DNA of 64,000 bases from Candidatus Cloacimonadales bacterium (GTDB lineage: Bacteria > Cloacimonadota > Cloacimonadia > Cloacimonadales > JAFGVF01): contig OY782781.1 in assembly GCA_963678315.1 (NCBI GenBank), positions 1,184,001 through 1,248,000 of the forward strand, read 5' to 3'. Shown here piece by piece: positions 39,900-49,900 of this stretch (position 1 is its first letter; the number at the start of each line of letters is the position of its first letter). Both the position numbers and the translations under genes were made by a program. Under the pieces are notes generated by a model. That model was not told the origin of the DNA. It was given only the letters and a program-made list of their open reading frames with translations, and did not search any database.

Positions 39900-41187
39900 A
39901 AGATACACTCGTGAAGAAATGGGTAATATCTGGGAAATGCAGAACCGCTATCAATGCTGGTTAGATGTAGAAATAGCAGCTTGTAAAGCTATGAACGAAA
40001 TGGGAATTGTTCCTGATGAAGATTTAAAGAACATTATTGAAAAAGCAGACTTCAATGTTGAACGTGTGGATGAAATTGAACTGACAACAAAACACGATAT
40101 CATTGCTTTCTTAACTAATGTTGCTGAATATGTTGGACCTTCTTCAAGATGGATTCACTATGGAATGACTTCTTCCGATGTTCTTGACACAGCAACAGCT
40201 ATCCAATGTAAGCAGGCTGGTCAACTAATCCTATCAGAACTGCAAGTTTTTGCTGAATCATTAAAAAAGAAAGCTATTGAATACAAAGACACAGTTTGTA
40301 TAGGACGTTCACATGGTATCCACGCAGAGCCAACTTCTTTTGGACTTAAATTCACTCTTTGGTATGATGAGATGAAACGTAATATCGAAAGAATGAAAAG
40401 AGCTAATGAAGTAGTTTCAGTAGGGCAAATTTCTGGTGCTGTTGGTAACTATGCTCACCTTTCTCCTGAGATTGAAGAAAAAGCATGTAAGCATTTAGAC
40501 CTAAAACCTGTGAACATTGCAACACAAGTTATTCAACGTGATAGACATGCTGAATTCTTAACTACACTTGCTTTAATTTCTTCTTCTATTGAAAAGATTG
40601 CTATCGAAATTAGACATCTTCAAAGAACTGAAGTGAGAGAAGCTGAAGAAAGATTTACTAAAGGACAAAAAGGTTCTTCTGCTATGCCACATAAGAGAAA
40701 CCCTATTGTTACTGAACAAATGACAGGTCTAGCTAGACTTATCAGGTCTAATGCAATGGCTGCTATCGAAAATAATGCTCTTTGGCACGAAAGAGATATA
40801 TCTCACTCTTCTGTTGAACGTGTAATTCTTCCTGATTCAACAATTTTAGTTCATTATATGCTCGGAAAGATGATTAAATTAATTGATAATCTTGCTGTAT
40901 ATCCTGAAAATATTAAGAAGAATCTAGAGCTAACAGGTGGTCTTGTATTCTCACAAGTTCTATTGCTTAAATTGGCATCTAAAGGTGTTTCTCGTGAAGA
41001 TAGTTATGCTATGGTTCAAAGAAATGCTATGAAAGCTTGGGAAGAAGGAGATAACTTCAAAGAACTTATTCTTAATGATAATGATATTATGTCTGTTATC
41101 TCTAAAGAAGACTTTGATGAAGTATTCTCTTATGATAGATATATTGCTAATGTTGACTTTATTTTGAAAAGAGCTGGAATATTATAA
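39892..41187 (+). CDS. purB: Adenylosuccinate lyase
   Basis: HYGMTSSD, GRSHGIHAEP, GSSAMPHKRNP, HERDISHSSVER. Confidence 0.97.
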   Translation: MIKRYTREEMGNIWEMQNRYQCWLDVEIAACKAMNEMGIVPDEDLKNIIEKADFNVERVDEIELTTKHDIIAFLTNVAEYVGPSSRWIHYGMTSSDVLDTATAIQCKQAGQLILSELQVFAESLKKKAIEYKDTVCIGRSHGIHAEPTSFGLKFTLWYDEMKRNIERMKRANEVVSVGQISGAVGNYAHLSPEIEEKACKHLDLKPVNIATQVIQRDRHAEFLTTLALISSSIEKIAIEIRHLQRTEVREAEERFTKGQKGSSAMPHKRNPIVTEQMTGLARLIRSNAMAAIENNALWHERDISHSSVERVILPDSTILVHYMLGKMIKLIDNLAVYPENIKKNLELTGGLVFSQVLLLKLASKGVSREDSYAMVQRNAMKAWEEGDNFKELILNDNDIMSVISKEDFDEVFSYDRYIANVDFILKRAGIL

Positions 41188-41242
41188 GATAAACATATAG
41201 AAATTTATGATGTAAATTAATATAATTTTACTGTTTACTCAA

Positions 41243-41388
41243 TAGCCTCCTGCATTAAATGGCGATTTTATGCAGGAGGCTAGTATGTTTATTCTGTATG
41301 ACATAATATATAACGATTGTCTCTGTAGTGTGCATATCTTTGCGTAAGCATGAAGTTTCTTCAACCTACCGGTGGATGCTTACACTCC
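41243..41388. repeat. Hairpin mosaic F
   Basis: TAGCCTCCTGCAT...ATGCAGGAGGCTA (41243-41282) and GTAAGCATG...GGATGCTTACACTCC (41344-41388, matching 18730-18774). Confidence 0.85.
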
Positions 41389-41399
41389 AAAAAATGAGC

Positions 41400-41436
41400 A
41401 AAAAAAAAGATTGAAGAAGCTAAGCATCCTCAATCT
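41400..41436 (-). terminator. Terminator of the small ORF
   Basis: AGATTGA...TCAATCT stem with an A9 run. Confidence 0.65.
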
Positions 41437-41454
41437 ATCAAAATCTTTATTGTA

Positions 41455-41589
41455 TTAAGGTGTTGGTTGTTCCAATTTTAATTTAATATCTTCATCTTGG
41501 AAAGTATAATTAATTGGTGTTTCAATAATCTTTTGAATTTTCTGCGCTCTGATTTTTCTTTGTTCTGCTTGACTCAACTTCTTTTTCAT
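41455..41589 (-). CDS. Small 44-aa protein MKKKLSQAEQRKIRAQKIQKIIETPINYTFQDEDIKLKLEQPTP
   Basis: Below the ORF-track cutoff. AAGGAG RBS, upstream promoter, downstream terminator. Confidence 0.65.
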   Translation of the reverse strand: MKKKLSQAEQRKIRAQKIQKIIETPINYTFQDEDIKLKLEQPTP

Positions 41590-41636
41590 AATCATTCTCC
41601 TTTTTAAGTTTATTAGTTAATCTACTAACCACTGAT

Positions 41637-41665
41637 AATATAATTAAAATAGCCCTTTTTGGCAA
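41637..41665 (-). promoter_or_regulatory. Promoter of the small ORF
   Basis: TTGCCA-N17-TATATT. Confidence 0.55.
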
Positions 41666-42108
41666 ATTAATTATTAATTAATTTTTTGTTTAGCATTTGT
41701 TAATATTTTACAGGTTATTTCTAATTTCTGACTATTGTCTTTAAAACGTCTTTTATCTTCCTTACTTTAAACTTTAAAAAATATTCTTGTTTGTTAAAGG
41801 TTGAAGTAAGAGCTTATAAATAAGGGACTTATATTAATTTATGTATTAAATATTATTTTGTAATCCGTAATTTAACTACCTACCAACAATAGAAAATATA
41901 TATTGGATATTAAGTATTATTATAATAATAAACTAAGATAATCTTGTCAATAAATAAATCCATTTTATGTAAAATCACTTAATTTCTAATATTAGTCAGT
42001 AGCTTTATCTAACATTAATCTTTAGATGCATTGAAAAAACTTGACAATAACATGAATTTATTTCAAGTTTATTAGTTATAGAAATAATCACACATAATAA
42101 AGGAAATC

Positions 42109-43980
42109 ATGAGTTTACACTTAATTGAATTACAGATTTTTGAAATAGGACTTTTAGTTTTTGCTGCCTATATGGGTGGAATAATTGCCAGAAAACTAAG
42201 GATTGGAGAAGTAATTGGTCAGATATTGGGTGGGGTCATAGTTGGACCGAACACTTTAAAACTGATAGATAACTTCTTAGTTAGTCATAGTTATCTTAGT
42301 AAATATCGTATTTTACAGCCACTCTACAGCTTTTATAATGACAGTTTCCAGTCTTTTGATTCTATGTATGTTGCCTATCAGGATACATATTCTCATATGC
42401 AGTTTTTTACATTCTTATTCTTAGGCTTAATTACTTTTTCATTAGGGGAAGAGTTACATTTAGAAAGAATGAAAAAAATAGGTTGGAGTGCTGCAATAAT
42501 AACATTAGTACAAGCTTTTGCAACAGTAGCATTAATCACAATCTCATTCCATTATATATTTGGTTTCCCTGTTATTATTGGGTTACTTCTAGGTTCTATT
42601 GGTGTGGCAACAGCTCCTGCACTATCTTTTATTTTGATGAATAAATTTAAAATTGAAGGAAACTTAAAAAATATTTTAGCGAATATAATAGTTCTCGATG
42701 ACTTAACAGAAGTTTTATTATTTTCTATCTTTTTAGGAATTGCTCCCTTTATAATCACAGGGGGAGAACTTTCTATCAGTCATTTGACTTTTCATGTAGT
42801 TGAAGAGATTGCAATGGCATTGCTGGTAGGTGCAGGAATATTTTTTGCTTTAAAATTAACCATAAAATCTAATGGTAGTGAAGATGACGAAGACTATTCT
42901 GAAGAAGGTTCTTCTTTATCAGCCGTACTATCAAATCATCCTACTCCATCAGTGGAAATACTATTCATAACCATAGGTATAATAGCGATGGGTATTGCTA
43001 CGGCAATTCATTATGATTTACCATTCTTGTTATCATCAATGTTTGCAGGTTTCTTGATATCTAACTATCATCACCAGGCAATCTTTGATTCTTTAAAAAT
43101 CAAGAACGTAATGCCAATATTTAATCTAATGTTCTTTGCCTTAATTGGTGCTTCAATAAATTTAGAACAATTCTCTATGCAAACTTTATCCTTTGTATTG
43201 GTATATGTTCTAGTAAGATCAGTTGGTAAATACTTTGGAACTTACCTAGGTTGTAAATTTACAGGACTTGATAAAAAAATCACTGCAACTGTTCCTAAAT
43301 TAATGCTTCCTCAAGCTGAACTAGCTGCTATTGAAACAATCATTGTAGCTAATACTTTGGGCAATATTCCAGAAAGTCAAAGCTTGGTAGCTACTGTTGT
43401 TCCAGCCTTAATCATTTTCCAACTTGGTGGAGCTTACTTATCAGAAAGAACACTTTTGCGTTGGAAATCATGGGTTACTGGGGAAGAAAAAGCTTATAGA
43501 AGTGAGATTCCTGTTGGTAAGGAGATGGAACTAAAATTCTTAATTGAAGATAGAATTGTTAGGCTTTCTCCAAATAGCAAGACAGAAGCAATTACTATGA
43601 TGGCTAATGAACTTAAAAGAAAGAATATAATAGCTGATACTGATGTGGTAACTAATGCAATATTTGAAAGAGAAATGTTGGCAACAACTGGAATTGGTAA
43701 AGGACTAGCTCTTCCGCATTGTAGGATTGCTAGTGTTGATAGAGTAATGGTAGTTTTAGCTTACTTTGATAAAGCAGTTGATTGGAACTCATTAGATAAC
43801 AAGGCTGTTGACTTAGCCTTTATGATTATTACACCTCAGGAATCACCAGAGCTACATCTACAGGCAATTAGTAAAATTAGTAAAGCAGTTAAAGAAATTA
43901 ACTTTAGAGAAATAATACAAGGAAACTCACCAGATAATTATGATGAGTTGTTAGGAGAAATGGAGGGACAAAGTGTTTGA
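42109..43980 (+). CDS. Cation:proton antiporter fused to a PTS EIIA(Ntr/Fru)-like domain
   Basis: G.I.GG.IVGP, ATAPA and LDD in a multi-TM region. C-terminal ERE..ATTGIGKGLALPHCR...DNKAVDL. Confidence 0.85.
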   Translation: MSLHLIELQIFEIGLLVFAAYMGGIIARKLRIGEVIGQILGGVIVGPNTLKLIDNFLVSHSYLSKYRILQPLYSFYNDSFQSFDSMYVAYQDTYSHMQFFTFLFLGLITFSLGEELHLERMKKIGWSAAIITLVQAFATVALITISFHYIFGFPVIIGLLLGSIGVATAPALSFILMNKFKIEGNLKNILANIIVLDDLTEVLLFSIFLGIAPFIITGGELSISHLTFHVVEEIAMALLVGAGIFFALKLTIKSNGSEDDEDYSEEGSSLSAVLSNHPTPSVEILFITIGIIAMGIATAIHYDLPFLLSSMFAGFLISNYHHQAIFDSLKIKNVMPIFNLMFFALIGASINLEQFSMQTLSFVLVYVLVRSVGKYFGTYLGCKFTGLDKKITATVPKLMLPQAELAAIETIIVANTLGNIPESQSLVATVVPALIIFQLGGAYLSERTLLRWKSWVTGEEKAYRSEIPVGKEMELKFLIEDRIVRLSPNSKTEAITMMANELKRKNIIADTDVVTNAIFEREMLATTGIGKGLALPHCRIASVDRVMVVLAYFDKAVDWNSLDNKAVDLAFMIITPQESPELHLQAISKISKAVKEINFREIIQGNSPDNYDELLGEMEGQSV

Positions 43981-44596
43981 TAATTTAAAACTAAAGCATT
44001 ATCAAAAAAAGGGATACCAAGCATTAAATAAATCTCAATTAGAAAAGGCTATAAGCTATTTTGAGAAAGCGCTATTTATATCAGATAAAGCTGAAATCAT
44101 GTTTAATTATGCAGTAGCTTTATCGGGGTTAAGCAGGTATGAAGAAGCATATACTGTACTAAGAAAAATATTAGATATGTATGAAGATAATGAGATGGCA
44201 TTATCTATGATGGTATGGGTTTGTACTATGTTAAGAGAATGGGATAGAGCAATTTTCTATGTAGAAAAGATTATGCTTCAATATCCAACAAATACTGAAT
44301 TTGCTAGTATTTATGATATAATATATGATGAAGAAAAGAGAGAAACTTTTGTTTCAGTAAATGAAAGAATAAAGACTGCAGAAAGATTTAAATTGCAGAA
44401 AGATTACGATCAAGCAATAAAGATGTTGGAATCAGTAATTTCCTTAGATCCAACAAGAGCTTTAGCTTATCATAACATTGGAGCAATTTACCTTCTAAAA
44501 AAAGAAAAGACTAAAGCAAAAGAATATTTGCAAAAAGCAGTTGAACTTGCTCCTAAAAACAATGCCTTTAAAAAGAGTTTAAACAAAATAATATAA
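43973..44596 (+). CDS. TPR repeat protein
   Basis: A..YFEKAL, AYHNIGAIY, A.EYLQKAVELAP. Confidence 0.85.
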   Translation: MFDNLKLKHYQKKGYQALNKSQLEKAISYFEKALFISDKAEIMFNYAVALSGLSRYEEAYTVLRKILDMYEDNEMALSMMVWVCTMLREWDRAIFYVEKIMLQYPTNTEFASIYDIIYDEEKRETFVSVNERIKTAERFKLQKDYDQAIKMLESVISLDPTRALAYHNIGAIYLLKKEKTKAKEYLQKAVELAPKNNAFKKSLNKII

Positions 44597-44612
44597 GAAT
44601 AAATGAGGATCT

Positions 44613-45896
44613 ATGATAAGTAAAAGTGATATAATTGATATCTTAAAAGCTGACATTACTCCTGCTTTAGGCTGTACTGAGCCTGTTGCAATAGCATTAG
44701 CTACTGCCTATATAACCAGTGCTGTAACTGAAGAAATAGAAGAGCTTGAGGTTCTTTTAAGTCAGAACATTCTCAAGAATGCGATGGGAGTTGGTATTCC
44801 TGGAACAAGCGAAAGAGGAATCAAGCTTGCAACTGCTTTAGGTGCTGTCGCTGGGGTTCCAGAGATGCAACTAGAAGTTCTGAAGTTCGTTGATGAAATT
44901 AATATCAAGGAAGCTAAAGAACTTATTAATCGTGATGTTATTAAAGTTAAGTTAGCTGAGAATGATGAATTGTTCTGGATTGAAGTAAACATCAAAACCC
45001 AGAATCACACAGGAAGTGCTATCATTCAAGGTAAACACACAAATTTAATTCTTCTAAAGGTAGATGATGTAATTCTTCAAGAAAATAAACCTTACCTTTG
45101 TAAAGGATGTGTGGATAATATTCGTAGAAAGATGTCCTTCAATGATGTTTACGAATTAGTAAATACTATGACAGAAGAAGACTTATCATTCCTCAATGAA
45201 GTGATTGAGAAAAATTATCAAATTGCTAAACATGGCTTAGAAAGCCAAGCAGGTTACAAAATAGCCAATATCATGCAAGAAAATATCAAAAAAGGTATTC
45301 TTGGTGACGATATGGTTAATTATGCCACAATGATGACAGTGGCAGGTTCTGAGGCAAGAATGAGCGGATGCCAGTTACCTGCAATGGCTAATTCTGGGTC
45401 AGGAAATCAAGGCATAACTTTGACAGTTCCTATAGTTGCTAGTGGTGAAAAACTAAATTCTTCTAAGTTAGATATTCTCAAAGCAGTAGCTATTTCTCAT
45501 TTGATATCAATCCATGTTAAAACTTATTTCGGTGTACTTTCTGCAATATGTGGGATAGTTAATGCTACAATTGGGGTTGCATGCGGTGTAGTTTATCTTC
45601 TTGGTGGGAATATTGATAATATGAGAGCTGCTACTCAAGACGTAATTGGCGATATTTCAGGAATGATCTGTGATGGTGCTAAACTCGGATGTTCTCTAAA
45701 AGTCGCTACAGGTGTTAGAACTGCTATTAACAGTGCTGTTTTAGGAATGGCAGATATTCATGTTAATAGTTATGAAGGCATAAATGGAAATAATTGTGAA
45801 GAATCAATAACTAATCTAGGAAAGATAGTTGTTTCTGGTATGAAAGAAGTTGATAACACAATAATATCTATAATGCTTGCAAAAAATGAAATATAA
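44613..45896 (+). CDS. UPF0597/YhaM (L-cysteine desulfidase, serine dehydratase alpha-like)
   Basis: PALGCTEP, KNAMGVGIPGT, ARMSG, NSGSGNQG, LSAICG, GMICDGAK.GC.LK. Confidence 0.88.
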   Translation: MISKSDIIDILKADITPALGCTEPVAIALATAYITSAVTEEIEELEVLLSQNILKNAMGVGIPGTSERGIKLATALGAVAGVPEMQLEVLKFVDEINIKEAKELINRDVIKVKLAENDELFWIEVNIKTQNHTGSAIIQGKHTNLILLKVDDVILQENKPYLCKGCVDNIRRKMSFNDVYELVNTMTEEDLSFLNEVIEKNYQIAKHGLESQAGYKIANIMQENIKKGILGDDMVNYATMMTVAGSEARMSGCQLPAMANSGSGNQGITLTVPIVASGEKLNSSKLDILKAVAISHLISIHVKTYFGVLSAICGIVNATIGVACGVVYLLGGNIDNMRAATQDVIGDISGMICDGAKLGCSLKVATGVRTAINSAVLGMADIHVNSYEGINGNNCEESITNLGKIVVSGMKEVDNTIISIMLAKNEI

Positions 45897-45933
45897 TTAA
45901 AAACAACAAAATACATATTAGATGGAGATGGAA

Positions 45934-47955
45934 ATGATTGACTTTGATTACAAAAAAGCTATTAAAGTAAAATTGTCAGACGAGTTACCAGCAAAATTGG
46001 AATTTGATCCAAGCAAAAGAAGAGCTCCAGATCGTGGACTCAATTTAACTAAATATGAAATTAAGATTGCCTTAAAGAATGCTCTTCGTTATGTGCCAGA
46101 ACACTTACATGAAGAAATAGCTCCTGAGTTTTTAGAAGAACTTAAAACTATGGGTAGAATCTATGGTTATAGATACAGACCACAAGGTGCTATTATTGGT
46201 AAAGCAATCGATGAGTATAAAGGCATTACAGCTGCTAAAGCTATGCAAGTTATGATTGATAACAATCTTGACTTTGATATTGCTTTGTATCCTTATGAAC
46301 TTGTGACCTATGGTGAAACAGGGCAGATCTTCCAAAACTGGATGCAATACCAACTTGTGAAGAAGTATCTTGAAATAATGACTGAAGACCAAACTCTTGT
46401 TGTTGCTTCAGGTCACCCAGTAGGTTTATTCCCTTCAAAACCTGAAGCTCCAAGAGTTATTAATACTAATGGACTTGTAATCGGTAAATGGGATAACCCA
46501 GAAGAATTCAAGAGATTAACTGCTCTTGGTGTTGCAAACTACGGACAAATGACTGCTGGTGGTTGGATGTATATCGGACCACAAGGCATTGTTCATGGTA
46601 CCTATATTACTCTACTTAATGCTGGAAGAAAATACTTAGGTTTAGCTGATGATAAAGATATTAGAGGTAAATTATTTGTTACTTCTGGATTAGGCGGAAT
46701 GTCTGGTGCACAACCAAAAGCATGTGAAATTGCTGGTGGTATCTGTGTAGTAGCTGAAGTAGATGAAAGTAGAATAGAAACACGTTATGAACAAGGCTGG
46801 GTAGCAAGAGTTTCTAATAACTTAGCAGAAATTGCTAACTGGATTGAAGAGTATAGAATAAAAGAAGAACCAGTATCAATTGCTTACCATGGTAATATTG
46901 TTGATTTATTAGAATACATTGATGAACATAATATTAAAGCTGAATTAGTATCAGACCAAACATCATGCCACGCTGTTTATGATGGTGGTTACACTCCAGC
47001 TGGTATTGGCTTCGATGAAGGTAGAGAATTGATTACGAAAGATCTTGCTAAATTCAAGCAACTAGTTGATGAATCACTTGTTAGACACTTCCATGTTCTT
47101 CAAAGATTAACAGCTAAAGGTTCATTCTTCTGGGATTATGGTAATAGCTTTATGGCTTCAATCTTTGATGCTGGTGCAAAAGAGATTGCTAAGAATGGAA
47201 TGAACACTAATGAAGGATTCATTTGGCCTTCTTATGTAGAAGATATTATGGGACCTATCTGTTTTGATAATGGTTATGGACCTTTCAGATGGGTATGTTT
47301 ATCTAGAAAAGACCAAGATTTAAGAACAACTGATAAAATTGCTATGGACTGCATAGATCCAGAAAGATGTTCTCAAGACAGAGATAACTATCACTGGATA
47401 GCTACAGCTGAAGAAAATAAGCTTGTTGTTGGCACAAAAGCTAGAATTCTATATGCTGACGAAGAAGGTCGTGTAAGAATCGCCTTGAAATTCAATGAAG
47501 CAATCAGAAAAGGTATCATTGGGCCAGTAATGCTTGGTAGAGATCATCATGATGTATCAGGAACTGATTCTCCTTTCAGAGAAACATCTAACATTTATGA
47601 TGGTTCAAACGTAATGGCTGATATGGCGACTCATTGTTTTGGTGGTAATATAGCTAGAGGAATGTCTTTAGTTGTTCTATCAAATGGTGGTGGAGTTGGT
47701 ATCGGTCGTTCAATCAACGGTGGTAATGGTATTGTTCTTGATGGTTCTGCAAGAATGGATAATATCATTAAAAGTGCTCTCTCATGGGATGTTATGGGTG
47801 GTGTTGCTCGTAGAAACTGGGCTAGAAATGACAACGCTATCAAGACTTCAACAGAATGGAATCAAAAACATGAAGGAAGAGGTCATATAACTATACCTTA
47901 CTTAGCTAATGATGAATTAGTTGACAAGTTAGTAGATGATAATATAGATGAATAA
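45934..47955 (+). CDS. hutU: Urocanate hydratase (long form)
   Basis: YGQMTAGGWMYIGPQGIVHGT, GLGGMSGAQ, SDQTSCH, GRDHHDVSGTDSPFRET. Confidence 0.95.
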   Translation: MIDFDYKKAIKVKLSDELPAKLEFDPSKRRAPDRGLNLTKYEIKIALKNALRYVPEHLHEEIAPEFLEELKTMGRIYGYRYRPQGAIIGKAIDEYKGITAAKAMQVMIDNNLDFDIALYPYELVTYGETGQIFQNWMQYQLVKKYLEIMTEDQTLVVASGHPVGLFPSKPEAPRVINTNGLVIGKWDNPEEFKRLTALGVANYGQMTAGGWMYIGPQGIVHGTYITLLNAGRKYLGLADDKDIRGKLFVTSGLGGMSGAQPKACEIAGGICVVAEVDESRIETRYEQGWVARVSNNLAEIANWIEEYRIKEEPVSIAYHGNIVDLLEYIDEHNIKAELVSDQTSCHAVYDGGYTPAGIGFDEGRELITKDLAKFKQLVDESLVRHFHVLQRLTAKGSFFWDYGNSFMASIFDAGAKEIAKNGMNTNEGFIWPSYVEDIMGPICFDNGYGPFRWVCLSRKDQDLRTTDKIAMDCIDPERCSQDRDNYHWIATAEENKLVVGTKARILYADEEGRVRIALKFNEAIRKGIIGPVMLGRDHHDVSGTDSPFRETSNIYDGSNVMADMATHCFGGNIARGMSLVVLSNGGGVGIGRSINGGNGIVLDGSARMDNIIKSALSWDVMGGVARRNWARNDNAIKTSTEWNQKHEGRGHITIPYLANDELVDKLVDDNIDE

Positions 47956-48022
47956 TATAGTATAGAGGGTGAGCAATCACCCTCGTTTTTTCGAAACATG
48001 TTTTGTTAAGAAAGGAGTTAGA

Positions 48023-49396
48023 ATGAATAATAAGATAGACGATATTGAAAAGAAAATGGCTTCAGCAGGTTTGAATGATGAAGTTATAAGAACCTTTTCA
48101 AAATACTATTCTCAGCTAGTTGAGGGGAATACTGGCAAATTATCTAATGAGGATATTGATGCACCTAACCGCAGAAACTTAGTTATGTATGAGAATTTAA
48201 ATGAAGTAGATGATAGCTTACTTGATTCTCTAGCTGTTATCAAGTTAAACGGTGGTTTGGGGACCAGTATGGGGCTTGATAGAGCTAAATCTTTACTTCA
48301 AGTAAAAGGTGATATGACTTTCTTGGATATCTTGTCAAGACAGATTCTATCTCTGAGAAATAAATATAGCTGTCAGACACCTTTAATCTTCATGAATAGT
48401 TATAATACCCAAGCAGACACCTTGGAACTATTGGCTAATTATAAAGAATTAAAAATTTCGAATCTACCTTTAGATTTTCTTCAAAATATGTTTCCAAGAA
48501 TTAAAAGAGATGACTTCACTGCACTAAATTTAGAAGACGATAACTCTAATTGGAATCCACCTGGCCATGGTGATATTTATGGTGCACTAAACAGCTCAGG
48601 AATATTAGACCAACTTATTGATAAAGGCATCAAGTATGCTTTTATTTCTAATTCTGATAATCTAGGAGCTATTGTAGATCAGAAAATACTTAGCTACATG
48701 GCAAGTAATGATGTTCCTTTCATCATGGAAGTATGTAAAAGAACAGAAATGGATAAAAAAGGTGGGCATCTTGCTCAAACTAAGGAAGGTAACTTAATAT
48801 TAAGGGAAGTAGCCCAATGTCCAGAAGATGAGATTGAGGAATTCCAAGATATCAGGAAGTTTAGCTATTTCAATACAAATAACTTATGGGTTAACTTAGA
48901 GGCACTTAAACAAACATTAGAACTAAACAACAATGTCTTAGAATTACCACTAATTATCAATCCAAAGATAGTTGAAGAAACACCAGTTTACCAAATTGAA
49001 ACTGCTATGGGTGCTGCAATCAATGTTTTTGAAGGAGCTAAAGCTCTTGTAGTTCCTAGATCAAGATTCGCTCCTGTTAAAAAAACTAATGACCTGCTTT
49101 TAATATGGTCTGATCTCTACAAACTTAATAGTTCTTATCAAATAGTTCTTACAGAAGGTGTAGAAAAGATTCCAGTTATTGACCTTGACCCAGAATATTA
49201 TAAGACTGTTCAACAACTTACTAATCACTTTAAAGATGTCCCTTCTCTAATTCAATGTACAAGCTTACAAGTTAAAGGAAATGTATTCTTTGGTAAGAAT
49301 GTTCTAATGAGAGGAGATGTAGTTATCGAATCAGAAGAAAAAGAACGTATTTCAGACACAATCTATGATGGATCTAATCCTTCATACTTAGCTTAA
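48023..49396 (+). CDS. UTP--glucose-1-phosphate uridylyltransferase, eukaryote-type UDPGP family
   Basis: KLNGGLGTSMG...KS, WNPPGHGD, SNSDNLGA, DKKGG, FNTNNLW, ETAMGAAI, RFAPVK. Start follows AAGGAG. Confidence 0.92.
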   Translation: MNNKIDDIEKKMASAGLNDEVIRTFSKYYSQLVEGNTGKLSNEDIDAPNRRNLVMYENLNEVDDSLLDSLAVIKLNGGLGTSMGLDRAKSLLQVKGDMTFLDILSRQILSLRNKYSCQTPLIFMNSYNTQADTLELLANYKELKISNLPLDFLQNMFPRIKRDDFTALNLEDDNSNWNPPGHGDIYGALNSSGILDQLIDKGIKYAFISNSDNLGAIVDQKILSYMASNDVPFIMEVCKRTEMDKKGGHLAQTKEGNLILREVAQCPEDEIEEFQDIRKFSYFNTNNLWVNLEALKQTLELNNNVLELPLIINPKIVEETPVYQIETAMGAAINVFEGAKALVVPRSRFAPVKKTNDLLLIWSDLYKLNSSYQIVLTEGVEKIPVIDLDPEYYKTVQQLTNHFKDVPSLIQCTSLQVKGNVFFGKNVLMRGDVVIESEEKERISDTIYDGSNPSYLA

Positions 49397-49405
49397 GGAG
49401 TTATT

Positions 49406-49801
49406 ATGCCTCTCTTGTTTATAAGTCCAGATGAGATAGTTGATTTAATCGAAAAGAAAACAAGTTCTACTGCTGTTTTTAAGAGTATTTCTGCAAATGC
49501 AAATACCTTTAGAATTGTCCTTAAAATAGACAAAGTACCTTTAGACATTAAACTTAATATTCAATTCGATACTTTTATGCAAGGAATGGCATATTTAAAT
49601 TATTCAAGCACTATTCCAGCTATGTTTGTTAATATGTTTAAAAACTATATATCGGAAAAAACTCATGGTAATATTCAAATAGTTAAAAATCAAATTAACA
49701 TTAATATAAATGAGTTAATCTCATCATACAATGATGATATTGATATAAAATCATTGAAGTTTGATAATGGAGTTTATCAGATTGAATTCAGTATGTGTTG
49801 A
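49406..49801 (+). CDS. Hypothetical protein
   Basis: AAGGAG RBS. Last gene of the operon, before a terminator. Confidence 0.7.
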   Translation: MPLLFISPDEIVDLIEKKTSSTAVFKSISANANTFRIVLKIDKVPLDIKLNIQFDTFMQGMAYLNYSSTIPAMFVNMFKNYISEKTHGNIQIVKNQINININELISSYNDDIDIKSLKFDNGVYQIEFSMC

Positions 49802-49829
49802 TAAAAGGTAATATTAAGAAAATTTTAGT

Positions 49830-49857
49830 GCTTACAGTTCTCTGTAAGCCTTTTTTT
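49830..49857 (+). terminator. Intrinsic terminator
   Basis: GCTTACAG-TTCT-CTGTAAGC-CTTTTTTT. Confidence 0.8.
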
Positions 49858-49900
49858 ATGAAGAAAGCTCTTGTATCTTTATGTTTACCTCTTGCAATCC

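Noticed and set aside
41700..42100. AT-only palindromes in the long intergenic gap
   Set aside because: Expected by chance at this AT content.
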